Shown here: piece after piece, positions 55,589 to 64,000 of the stretch
Layout of the letters: each line of letters starts with the position of its first letter
Numbering within the stretch: position 1 is the stretch's first letter
Origin: Giardia intestinalis
Lineage: Eukaryota
Strand: one strand, 5' to 3'
Assembly: GCA_000002435.2 (NCBI GenBank)
Contig: CM018792.1
Length of the DNA: 64,000 nucleotides
Position numbers and translations under genes: made by a program
The notes under the pieces: model-generated
Databases searched by the model: none
Told to the model about the DNA's origin: nothing
The model's input: the letters and a program-made list of their open reading frames with translations, nothing else

Positions 55589-55685
55589 GAGAAAATTAGT
55601 TTTAATAAATGCAATTCAATTTAAGCTTAGTGTCCATATCAAAATGCAATCTTGACAAAACAGAATAAATCACAATCCTTAATCG

Positions 55686-58600
55686 CTACAAAAAAGCCAT
55701 CCAACCCCCGAACATACAGCTCAGGCGCGATGAGTCCGCTGCTTGGGCAAGGGCTGCATTGACTATCTCTTCTGCCCGCTGAGTCTCCAACATCTCTTTA
55801 ACCTGACGAACATATCCCAGAGAAGCCCGAACAATGGCAAGAGGGTAAAAGACATTAATGAATGCCGGTGCATTTTCTTGAATTAGTGAGACCATCTTCA
55901 CAAGTTCCCAATAGAAGCACCCGTGGATCCCTGTTGGGCCAAGAAGCTGTGCGATCAGTGCTGTCAGGCGGAAAGGCACTAACTCAGCATACGATAGCAG
56001 CTTTGGGTACTCAAACACTGCCTCAAAGTCTATAAAGTGCACAGACCCGTCGTCTGTGTCTATAAGGATGTTGCACGAATGTCTATCTCCAAGCCCCGTT
56101 ACGATGCATACTGCACACCAGTGCGCAAGAGTTGTGGCAAACATTCGCTGATTCTTTTGCGAAAGTGCTATAAACCTACATGGGTGGGTCTTAGACAAGG
56201 CCATCTCCATATGGGACAGTGCAGTGACGGATGCCATAAAAAGATCAAAAGTGGGGAAGCATCCGTCTTCGTTGGGCTCCTGCTCATTTATGAATTCTGC
56301 TGCTTTGGTTTTGGCACCCATGAACACAGGAGTCAACAACTCATCAATTGGCACGACATTGCCGTCGATATGCTCGATAATACTGACCTGATTCTTTGGA
56401 ATATTGATTAGTACAGCTACAAAGTATGGCTTAAAGAAGGTGTTAACACTACATTTCGCCAGCTCCTCCGTGAACTGCATAACGGCATAGTCTGCCACTG
56501 TATCCTCTCCACACTTTAAGATGAGCCTTGTTCCGTGATCATTCTTAGTTCGCGACATTCTGAATAAAAGAGGTGCTCTTTTGCTAGAAAAATGTCTCAC
56601 CATTGTAACGTAACTCGCTGCGTATCTACTGCTATAGTATTCATAATAGTGCTCCAGTACGCTGACACACTCGGTATGATTATCAATCTGGTGTGGAGAT
56701 CGTTTATCCGTAGTCATGCTATACTCAAACTCCCTAAGGGAAGAGATTGCTTCCAAGGTGGGAATTAGGAAAAAGGATCCTGAGATTATATGGGGTAAGA
56801 GACACTCCTTAGATGTGTTCAGGCTTTTCTTTGCATACTCCAGTTGCATGTATTTTAACACATTCGTCATTGTGGTTGAGAAGATGATGTACCGTGTGTA
56901 CGCCGGGTTGTATACCTCATGGGCTTCTAGTACTGCAAAGATTCTTTTTATGAGGGAGTTAAAGACTGGATGGCGTAGGGCTTCTTCTTCCAAGCTATAG
57001 TCCCTATTCATATGCACCCCGAACTGGCGGATTGCAATGTCAAAGTGAGCGGAATATGGTATCAGCTTCTTAGCAATTACGTTAAGAATGTGGTTTTTCA
57101 TCACATCTACGGACATAGACGAGTATTCTACAGCAATGAGATTAATCTTAGTATCGCAAAGACGGATCACCATGCTACAAATATTATGGAACTGATTCTG
57201 AAGCAAGATAGCCGGGGAGCCCTCTATTATCTCTGTAAGCTTTTCATTTGCCTCTGTGATCAGTGTATCAAGGCCTAGTGCTAGTAAGAAATTCAGCACG
57301 TGAGCTTCTACACCTGGAATGCCCTTTTGTTCGTCTGATGCAGCACCAGCACCTGAGCCAATTGTACCCTCTATCAACTCTATAATTGTACCAGCCACTT
57401 TTTGATGTTTGTCCATGCAAAGACAAAAGTCAGTTGCTGGAGCAAAATATAATAGAGAGCTTGTTAAGAAAGAGACCGATACTTTGTTCTTTTCATTGCT
57501 GTCCATTAGGAGCTGTGCATTGTAAGCCAGGAGTTTTGTAAGGGAGCACACAACGAGCATCCATGCAGACAGGGCGGTTACCAGGCATTTCTGATAGAAT
57601 CTAGACCAACAATCTGCTTTGCTAAACGAGTCTGGGCCGCCTAACGGTCTTCTGAATAACATACGATGAATAATTGCTAAAATAAAGGTATATGTCGCAA
57701 GTGCGCTGTACATGTTACCAACAAAACTGCACCGCGTGCTCATAGAGACTATGGATGAGTTTTTTCCTTCTATGCCGTCAAGGTCTACCATCAGTTCTCC
57801 AAACATGGCCTCAATTATGAAGCTCTGCGTATCCTCAGCAAAGTCGAATAAATTATTATCAATGAATTCGTGAACTAGCAATCTCACAGATAAGTCGGTG
57901 TAGCGGCACTCCCGGTATCGAGCACATGCCAAGTTCAGTATCTGCTTATACAGAAATTGGCAATTATGCTGGAATAAAAGTGATTTGTGCCTACGCAGTT
58001 GCGCTATGAAGTGAGCATGTGTGTTGGCAGGAAATTGGTCCAGTGCCAAGAGCATTTGATCGAAAAAGTCTTGCTCTCTCAGGAACTGCGTTAGCTCTGT
58101 CCACATTGATACCCTAAGTAACATATTACTATACTGATGCAAAAGATTTCTGATAGTTACTATAGATGTTGCAGTCGTCCCGCAAGAAGTGTGCGACTCT
58201 GGAACTCCATTAATCACATTGTTGTGCAGCCGCCATTGAGGTATGGAAAAGGAGTCGTGTAGAGGATAGCTGGATACTGCTGCATACAGAGATCCCAGCA
58301 AGGTATAGCTTATGCCGTAGAACCGGTCGACAAGCTGAGCGTTACTTGATGTGTCGTTGATGTCCTGGTTGTAGATAAGTTTCTGTTGCTCTGCTGACCC
58401 AGCTATCAATTTGTTGATTACCCCAGTGCGTAGAACCATAACTGCATTTTTTCTTTCGGTAGCGATAGTGGACAAATGGTCTGTAGCACCTTCTGCCAAT
58501 AAGGTAAGAATAGAGAAAAAGGCATCAGGCCTAAATACCTTCAAGAAGCAGATGGAAAACACTGTTGCGTATGAGCGTGAAATGTATTGCAGAATATCCA

Positions 58601-61600
58601 CAAATACCCCCTTATAGGTAACTTCGTTGGCTGCCCAATACACACCAGCTATCATAATGGCTCTGAGAGGATTGCCGACTAACATTGAGTGTCCCGACAA
58701 AAACGTTAGATAGTCCACACTAGGCTTCTGGGCTGTTTTTGGAGCTGTACGTGTTAATGACATGCTGTCTTCAAATGAAGAGTCTAATCTGCTCATGTAA
58801 AGAGTTCTATCCACCTCTGGCGATAGCTCAGCGACAAGTGTCTGCCAAGAGGATGCTGCCTCCTGCTCTTCAAAATACTTGCGAAAATGTGTCTTTATGA
58901 GGAAGGAGCTGATTACGTCTAACTCTATGGCCTCGTCTGAAATCCTTATTTGATGCAATAATTCCATTGAGTTCTTGGAGAATCTATACGGTTGGAAGGC
59001 GACTAACTCAATGATCTGTTTCATAGCGACGAACCTTCGCAAGTCTAACACATCTCCAATCAAAGTGTCTCGCATAGATGGCTCGTCCTGTTCTAGCTCA
59101 GCTAAACAGTCTTTTTCATTGCTATTAGTTAATCTATCAGAAGACGGAATGGTACTGTAAAGAGTTTCCACAGAAGTAACGTAAAGCGAACTTATAAAAT
59201 GGGACTCAATATGCTCAACAAGTTTGCAATGATCTGTTATCAGTGCCGCAAAAAACAATGCAAGGAATCTGCCGATGCCATCAATTAGAAGGCTGAGATC
59301 AGAATATTCTAACAGTAATGACAGCAGTGCATCGTAAAAGGCTGCCCCGATGGCCTGGGACACATTTATATATGGCTCAACAATAGCCCACAGATCAGAC
59401 ACATGAGCCATGTGCTTTTGTGCTTCAGGTGCCAATTTTATGTTCTTTTGCGTCACACCTTTCTGCAACAATTTAAGAAACAAATCAATAAAGATAGCAA
59501 AAAATGAGCTTGCGTTGGTGATTACAAGGGATGTGTTCAGTAGGTGCCTCTTTTCTGTGTCCCTTATAACTATTGGCAAAAGTTCGACAAATGACTGCAT
59601 CCTTTGATAGATCTTGCTAGAAATATAGACGGTCTTTTGGTCCTCGCCTAGCGTGGAGAAGTATTCGTTGAGTTCTGTGATGCACGATGCAGCATAAAGG
59701 TCGCCTCCTTCAATAACACGAGTAATAAAGTCAGTGAAATACCCACATGAACCCCTTGTGACTTTACCTTCTGGTCCCTTTTGGCTGTCTCTTGGCCCAT
59801 TACTAGGATTCAGAGTCCGATAGTCTAAAAGTGTGCCATAGGTCTTTAAAACTTGTTCGGCAGATTGCTTAAGCTTTGTATTTTCAATCCTTCCTTGGTA
59901 GGCTTTAATATACAAGAGTAGATGCGCTAACGGGGTCCCTCCACCTCTAATCTGTAGCATGCCTCGCTGGTCAAAGAGGTTAGCTCCATGGGGCAAAAGA
60001 GTTATTAGGAGAGATAGATAGGACCTCACAAACAGCCCATTGAGGACGTGTATGACCAGGGGAATCAAGACTCGCCACAAAAATTCGCATGGTGTATGTG
60101 AAGCATCAACGAGCAGTTCAAGTAAGGCAAGCACAGCAGCAGGATCATCCACGTCATGAAGTTGGGAATCCACAGACGAATATAATTGAGTGTGCCGCAT
60201 TTCATTCTCCTTTCGGTAGATAGAAACCAGAAGCCTGGCTACGCGTTTTGTTTCCTCTGATATCCTCCGTCCATCGATAATCAGCTCGATCAGTTGAGTC
60301 AGGGTCTCGCCACTATGCTCCAAGAGCAATCTAATATATCCTAGCCAATATATAGTAAAGATACTGTTGTTTTGATCAGTGTCAATAACCTCTTCCAACG
60401 TTAGGAACATATCGACGGCAAGCTGTGTATAAAGAAAGCCTGGGACCAGAGTGGATACAGCGTAAAAGAAGATCCCAAAATAGTCAAGTAATGACTCTAG
60501 GATAACGGGGGTATGGATACCATATATTATCACCTGCAAATACATGACCTTTAGCCTGTTCCACAAAGCAACCACATCTGGAGCTTTAGGCTCGTCATCA
60601 ATATATGCCTCCCTGTAGCATATGGAGCCCAGCAAAGGCTTCATGTGACAAAGTGATGTTATTCTGAAGAGAAAGCCAGTATAGTTGGAGAGATTAGCAA
60701 AGATGCTAATCGGCATCTCTGCTGGCGCGGATCCCTTCTTCTTGCTGCTCACAAGGGTGTGGAGTAACTGAACTCTATGTAGTACGTCCCTGCTGAACGA
60801 GAAAAGGGCTGTCATAAGGATAAATATGACCGATAGTAGTCTAAATATGTGTGCAGTCGCTCCATTATACGATTCAATCCCTTCGGAAAAGAGCTTATGC
60901 GGCTTGACATTAGCGAAAATGGGCAATGCTACTAATTCCTTTATTGCCTTGATGGAAGACGTCACTAGCTCAACTTTCTTTAAGGTTTTTGCACCCGCTA
61001 ATGCCTCAGTATCGGCATAAAGAACGGTTAAAAATAGAATTGCAACAACTAATGCATCATGCAAGGTGGCATCTGATAAAGAGAGGTCTTTCGGTGATGC
61101 ATGGTACGCTAGCGCCGACGCTATAGTGCTGTCGACGCAAGATAAGATGGCTAGGGCACCTGTTACGGTAACAAAGTCTTCTACAGATAGTCGGGGATAG
61201 CTCATCATAACCGGTGTCCTGCTTTCAACACACAATAGGGCCAACTCTTTTGACAGTGCCGTGCGTGATAGTGGTAGATACAAGTTTATAATTAGGGACG
61301 GCAGGTAGGCAGACGAAAATAGACAGAATGCAACACTAGTCTGCTTGCATATTTGCTCCATACATAGTTCGCTGATGGTAGTTGTAATGAGATGGTATTT
61401 CTCACCACAAACTTGAACCAGGAAATACTGAAAGAATATATACGCAAGCATATAACGAGACGTCTGCGCTGACTGATTGAGCGTCGCCACTGTGTGGCAG
61501 CTGTCTGCAATACGGCATATAAGTTTATAGTAGGACTGTACGCGAGGATTGGTATCGTATAACTGAGAAATTTGCTTTAGATATAGCGAGACAAAATCAG

Positions 61601-63644
61601 ACGGCACAGAGGCCCCAGGAATAAACGAAGCGATTGCAAATGGAAGCAGTGAAATCAGAAATTCCTCAGTTGCAGTTGCGGGTAAAAATGAGCGCAAAAG
61701 GTCTTTGTGCTCCTCGCTAAAATCGATAACCATGTAACCATCGTGGCTAGCAGAGAAAATAGTATCTAATGAAAATAAAAATGCAAAGCAGGAGGCAAAT
61801 AGCTTACTCGTCATGCTCGACTCATGCTGTTGAAGACCAACCATATTACTTAGGTGCAGGTGTCGGCGAAACAATAAGAGCAATAATTGAGTGGCAAGGG
61901 GAACCATTGTATATGTTTCCGATATTGAAGAAGAGTCCTGAGTGTAGCATTCTTCTGAATTGACGGGGATTGGTGCAGATGATTTATCTTCTAGACAGTG
62001 CAAAACATAAAGTAATTGGATGCCGGAAAGAATTGTGTGCAATAACCTTACGCTGAGTAATTCTGAGCACAGCTCATCCATTAGTACTGCCGAAGTGCCC
62101 ACTGGATTTGAAAGGAACTCCGTCAAGACTTGCATCAGCCTGCAATAAGCATTGACAGCCTGCCTAAGAAGGGCATGCTGCGAAGTGTCCATCCGTGCGT
62201 CTCTTAGCATCAAGTGCAGATGCTTAGAGTGATGCTTGCTTGCATGTGTTATGTGAGCTATGATATCAGTTACATGTGTATTATTTTGAGAAACGGCACT
62301 TGGCACAGGAGAGGGATCAGATTTGAGGGATCGCCATGTGTAATCTAGAGCATGCACACATACAGCTAGATAGCAAGTCACATTAAGTGAAGATAAAGCA
62401 GCAAGGCCACTAGCTTCTGCACAAAGAGAGATATTGTGCTGTAAGGACGAAGGAGACGAGCTGTAGGAACTGACAAGTTCGGCACACACTCTGCCATAAT
62501 CCGCATGCAGCCAATCATCAAAGTAGGCAAACACAACGTGAATAAGTACGAAACGCTTGTATGCCTTCATATAAATTCTATTCGTAAATGCAGACAGTTT
62601 TCTCAGTGTATCGTGGGCATACAATGTATCTAGTATACTCTTAGATACTTCAGACACGCTGCCGAGCCGTTGCCCCTCCACCTGGTTAGGCAGACCAAGG
62701 CCCGCTGCCAAGTGGCAAAAGTGCGAGCCCCTGTTTGCAACCAGAGCAGCCAGGCTGTCCGGGGCGATACATGCAGAAAAAAGCCCCACCAATACCGTTG
62801 CGTTACGTAGCTCCGCCGCAGCCACACCGTTAATCCTGTCGGTTACGGCCTGCACATCAGAAAGCCTGCACATCAGAGAGTCGGCGTCGGCCAACTTGCG
62901 CGCCCGCCTGCATGTGAGAAGCACCTGGAAAGTGTCGCTCGCTGTAAGAAGCCTGGGGAAGGCCGCCGGGTCAGCGGGGGGCAGCCACGGATTGGCCGAC
63001 GAAGCGGCTCGATGGGCTGCGAACGCGCATGCGTCAGCCCGCAGAATCTCCAGCAGCGGAAGGCAAGCGCTGAAAGGCTCTCCGCAGCCCTTGCCAAAGC
63101 CCAGCAGCATGCACAGCAGCGCTGTACCACACGCATAAACGCTCAGAAACGGAGCTGCGTCAGTGCCCAGGGGAGCGGTCAAGACGTCCCGCACAGTGCC
63201 TACGCCCCCGATGACACAGAGCTCCGCAAGGGCTGCTCCGAATGTGGTGGCGTCGAGTAAATGCGCGCACACAAGGCACAGCAGCAGCCTTGTTGTAGGC
63301 CAGTTGAGGACGCATTCGCTGCTCTCCGGCTGGAGGTCCAGAATCCAGAGGACGTACGGCTGCTCCACCCCGAGCTGTAGGTCTGACAGCAGGACGATCC
63401 GCTCCAGCCTCTCGGGCCCCTCCCCCGCTGTGCGTATTGCAAGGCTCGCTGCGAAGGCACACGAGACAGGGCTGCGCCGTGCATCCTCGAGCAGGCCGTC
63501 ACTCAGCGCCAGCAGCTCCGCATCCTGCACGACGCCGCCGGTGGCGTGGTAGTTCGCCATCAGGGAGCGCAACGAAGACGCAAGCATGAGCCCTTCTCGG
63601 CAGCCTCTTCGGTTGTCCGCCTGTCCGGGAATTATTCTTGCCAA
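55686..63644 (-). CDS. PIKK-family giant protein kinase (ATM/ATR/TOR-type: helical N-region, PI3K-like kinase domain at ~55980-56900, FATC at 55686-55790); N-terminal boundary uncertain
   Basis: C-terminal catalytic core ..LILKCGEDTVADYAVMQF.. / ..IVTGLGDRHSCNILID..GSVHFIDFEAVFE.. and a FATC-like end ..LSCMFGGWMAFL*. The ORF-track start at 63644 is TTG. In-frame ATGs at 63587, 63560 and ~62612. The first ~1 kb (62640-63644) is GC-rich and open in several frames. Confidence 0.75.
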   Translation of the reverse strand: MARIIPGQADNRRGCREGLMLASSLRSLMANYHATGGVVQDAELLALSDGLLEDARRSPVSCAFAASLAIRTAGEGPERLERIVLLSDLQLGVEQPYVLWILDLQPESSECVLNWPTTRLLLCLVCAHLLDATTFGAALAELCVIGGVGTVRDVLTAPLGTDAAPFLSVYACGTALLCMLLGFGKGCGEPFSACLPLLEILRADACAFAAHRAASSANPWLPPADPAAFPRLLTASDTFQVLLTCRRARKLADADSLMCRLSDVQAVTDRINGVAAAELRNATVLVGLFSACIAPDSLAALVANRGSHFCHLAAGLGLPNQVEGQRLGSVSEVSKSILDTLYAHDTLRKLSAFTNRIYMKAYKRFVLIHVVFAYFDDWLHADYGRVCAELVSSYSSSPSSLQHNISLCAEASGLAALSSLNVTCYLAVCVHALDYTWRSLKSDPSPVPSAVSQNNTHVTDIIAHITHASKHHSKHLHLMLRDARMDTSQHALLRQAVNAYCRLMQVLTEFLSNPVGTSAVLMDELCSELLSVRLLHTILSGIQLLYVLHCLEDKSSAPIPVNSEECYTQDSSSISETYTMVPLATQLLLLLFRRHLHLSNMVGLQQHESSMTSKLFASCFAFLFSLDTIFSASHDGYMVIDFSEEHKDLLRSFLPATATEEFLISLLPFAIASFIPGASVPSDFVSLYLKQISQLYDTNPRVQSYYKLICRIADSCHTVATLNQSAQTSRYMLAYIFFQYFLVQVCGEKYHLITTTISELCMEQICKQTSVAFCLFSSAYLPSLIINLYLPLSRTALSKELALLCVESRTPVMMSYPRLSVEDFVTVTGALAILSCVDSTIASALAYHASPKDLSLSDATLHDALVVAILFLTVLYADTEALAGAKTLKKVELVTSSIKAIKELVALPIFANVKPHKLFSEGIESYNGATAHIFRLLSVIFILMTALFSFSRDVLHRVQLLHTLVSSKKKGSAPAEMPISIFANLSNYTGFLFRITSLCHMKPLLGSICYREAYIDDEPKAPDVVALWNRLKVMYLQVIIYGIHTPVILESLLDYFGIFFYAVSTLVPGFLYTQLAVDMFLTLEEVIDTDQNNSIFTIYWLGYIRLLLEHSGETLTQLIELIIDGRRISEETKRVARLLVSIYRKENEMRHTQLYSSVDSQLHDVDDPAAVLALLELLVDASHTPCEFLWRVLIPLVIHVLNGLFVRSYLSLLITLLPHGANLFDQRGMLQIRGGGTPLAHLLLYIKAYQGRIENTKLKQSAEQVLKTYGTLLDYRTLNPSNGPRDSQKGPEGKVTRGSCGYFTDFITRVIEGGDLYAASCITELNEYFSTLGEDQKTVYISSKIYQRMQSFVELLPIVIRDTEKRHLLNTSLVITNASSFFAIFIDLFLKLLQKGVTQKNIKLAPEAQKHMAHVSDLWAIVEPYINVSQAIGAAFYDALLSLLLEYSDLSLLIDGIGRFLALFFAALITDHCKLVEHIESHFISSLYVTSVETLYSTIPSSDRLTNSNEKDCLAELEQDEPSMRDTLIGDVLDLRRFVAMKQIIELVAFQPYRFSKNSMELLHQIRISDEAIELDVISSFLIKTHFRKYFEEQEAASSWQTLVAELSPEVDRTLYMSRLDSSFEDSMSLTRTAPKTAQKPSVDYLTFLSGHSMLVGNPLRAIMIAGVYWAANEVTYKGVFVDILQYISRSYATVFSICFLKVFRPDAFFSILTLLAEGATDHLSTIATERKNAVMVLRTGVINKLIAGSAEQQKLIYNQDINDTSSNAQLVDRFYGISYTLLGSLYAAVSSYPLHDSFSIPQWRLHNNVINGVPESHTSCGTTATSIVTIRNLLHQYSNMLLRVSMWTELTQFLREQDFFDQMLLALDQFPANTHAHFIAQLRRHKSLLFQHNCQFLYKQILNLACARYRECRYTDLSVRLLVHEFIDNNLFDFAEDTQSFIIEAMFGELMVDLDGIEGKNSSIVSMSTRCSFVGNMYSALATYTFILAIIHRMLFRRPLGGPDSFSKADCWSRFYQKCLVTALSAWMLVVCSLTKLLAYNAQLLMDSNEKNKVSVSFLTSSLLYFAPATDFCLCMDKHQKVAGTIIELIEGTIGSGAGAASDEQKGIPGVEAHVLNFLLALGLDTLITEANEKLTEIIEGSPAILLQNQFHNICSMVIRLCDTKINLIAVEYSSMSVDVMKNHILNVIAKKLIPYSAHFDIAIRQFGVHMNRDYSLEEEALRHPVFNSLIKRIFAVLEAHEVYNPAYTRYIIFSTTMTNVLKYMQLEYAKKSLNTSKECLLPHIISGSFFLIPTLEAISSLREFEYSMTTDKRSPHQIDNHTECVSVLEHYYEYYSSRYAASYVTMVRHFSSKRAPLLFRMSRTKNDHGTRLILKCGEDTVADYAVMQFTEELAKCSVNTFFKPYFVAVLINIPKNQVSIIEHIDGNVVPIDELLTPVFMGAKTKAAEFINEQEPNEDGCFPTFDLFMASVTALSHMEMALSKTHPCRFIALSQKNQRMFATTLAHWCAVCIVTGLGDRHSCNILIDTDDGSVHFIDFEAVFEYPKLLSYAELVPFRLTALIAQLLGPTGIHGCFYWELVKMVSLIQENAPAFINVFYPLAIVRASLGYVRQVKEMLETQRAEEIVNAALAQAADSSRLSCMFGGWMAFL

Positions 63645-64000
63645 ATTGCATACGATTGCATTTTGAGATTTCGTCTCCTTCCTTGGTGGACTGGAGCTTC
63701 AGCGTAGCGTCGTGTCTCCCAGGCCCGTCCACGCAGTGGCAGGCTACAGAGCCCGTTTGGCTGTCGCACAATGCACTGGTCTACCGGGCACGCTGGGCAG
63801 CATCTTAGCGCCTCCGACGACGAGGAGCCACTGGCCCCTGGACTGCACCACTACGTCACCTATCGGGCACGCGCATGCTTCTTTCCGGGCCCCGTCCATC
63901 CAGCTGCCAGCCCCGGAGGCGGAGCAAGTCGGGAGACACCCCTCTGGCGAGAGCACGACGGACAGCAAGGGCCGGCAGCCTTGCCACGGTTGCCCTCCTC

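Noticed and set aside
63160-63552. Cluster of mutually overlapping 80-130-aa ORFs on both strands (63012-63552)
   Set aside because: They lie in a GC-rich tract where stop codons are rare in every frame. Mutual overlap in five frames shows that openness here is compositional, not coding evidence.
1-64000. Prokaryotic-type systems (operons, CRISPR arrays, defence islands, integrons, IS elements)
   Set aside because: The gene content is eukaryotic throughout: kinases with ankyrin tails, PACRG, XRN, ESCRT-II, a PIKK, a VSP with a CRGKA tail, and AGTRAAY poly(A) signals. There are no Shine-Dalgarno-spaced operons and no direct-repeat/spacer arrays, so bacterial feature classes do not apply.
1-64000. 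Retrotransposons or other mobile elements (e.g. Giardia GilM/GilT/GilD LINE-like elements), rRNA and tRNA genes
   Set aside because: No reverse-transcriptase (YxDD) or endonuclease motifs in any frame, no long terminal or poly(A)-tract repeats, and no rRNA-like conserved blocks. tRNAs cannot be excluded without a covariance scan, but no cloverleaf-like candidates were evident in the few spacers long enough to hold one.

Overview
This window reads as compact, intron-poor protist nuclear DNA, and I infer it comes from Giardia intestinalis (duodenalis/lamblia) or a very close relative. Four things seen in the sequence support that. (1) The 643-aa Cys-rich ORF at 9167-11098 carries many CxxC motifs and two GGCY motifs, and ends in a transmembrane helix followed by ...CRGKA*, which is the invariant tail of Giardia variant-specific surface proteins (VSPs). 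(2) Exact matches to the Giardia polyadenylation signal AGTRAAY sit at or just after stop codons (AGTGAAC at 11106-11112 and at 51395-51401). (3) A short A/T-rich initiator lies immediately 5' of almost every start codon, and neighbouring genes are 1-250 bp apart. (4) The gene content is diagnostic: an NEK kinase with an ankyrin tail, an ankyrin-repeat protein of the 21.1 type, a high-cysteine EGF-like type I membrane protein, and several giant coiled-coil proteins. About 30 protein genes are packed on both strands. Those I can name: PACRG, an XRN-type 5'-3' exoribonuclease, a PIKK-family giant kinase (FAT/kinase/FATC), a DEAD-box helicase, a two-domain AAA+ ATPase, an ESCRT-II Vps22/EAP30-like protein, a PAP2 lipid phosphatase, a histidine acid phosphatase, a glycogenin-like GT8 glycosyltransferase, a KIF1-binding-protein (KBP)-like protein, a CDK-like kinase, a PCI-domain protein, and a VSP whose 5' end looks disrupted. 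The ORF track accepts GTG/TTG starts. I checked each start codon in the DNA and moved genes to the first in-frame ATG where the listed first codon was not ATG. I found no rRNA, tRNA, transposon or CRISPR. The most unusual content is a tandem array of four divergent paralogous cysteine-rich cytoplasmic proteins (40844-44646) of unknown function. Other things worth a second look: intragenic GC-rich compositional islands, a 4 x 27-aa repeat module, head-to-head gene pairs sharing 1-38 bp A/T initiators, and the VSP with a frameshifted, ATG-less signal-peptide region. All functional calls are motif-level recognition by eye, and no database search was run.
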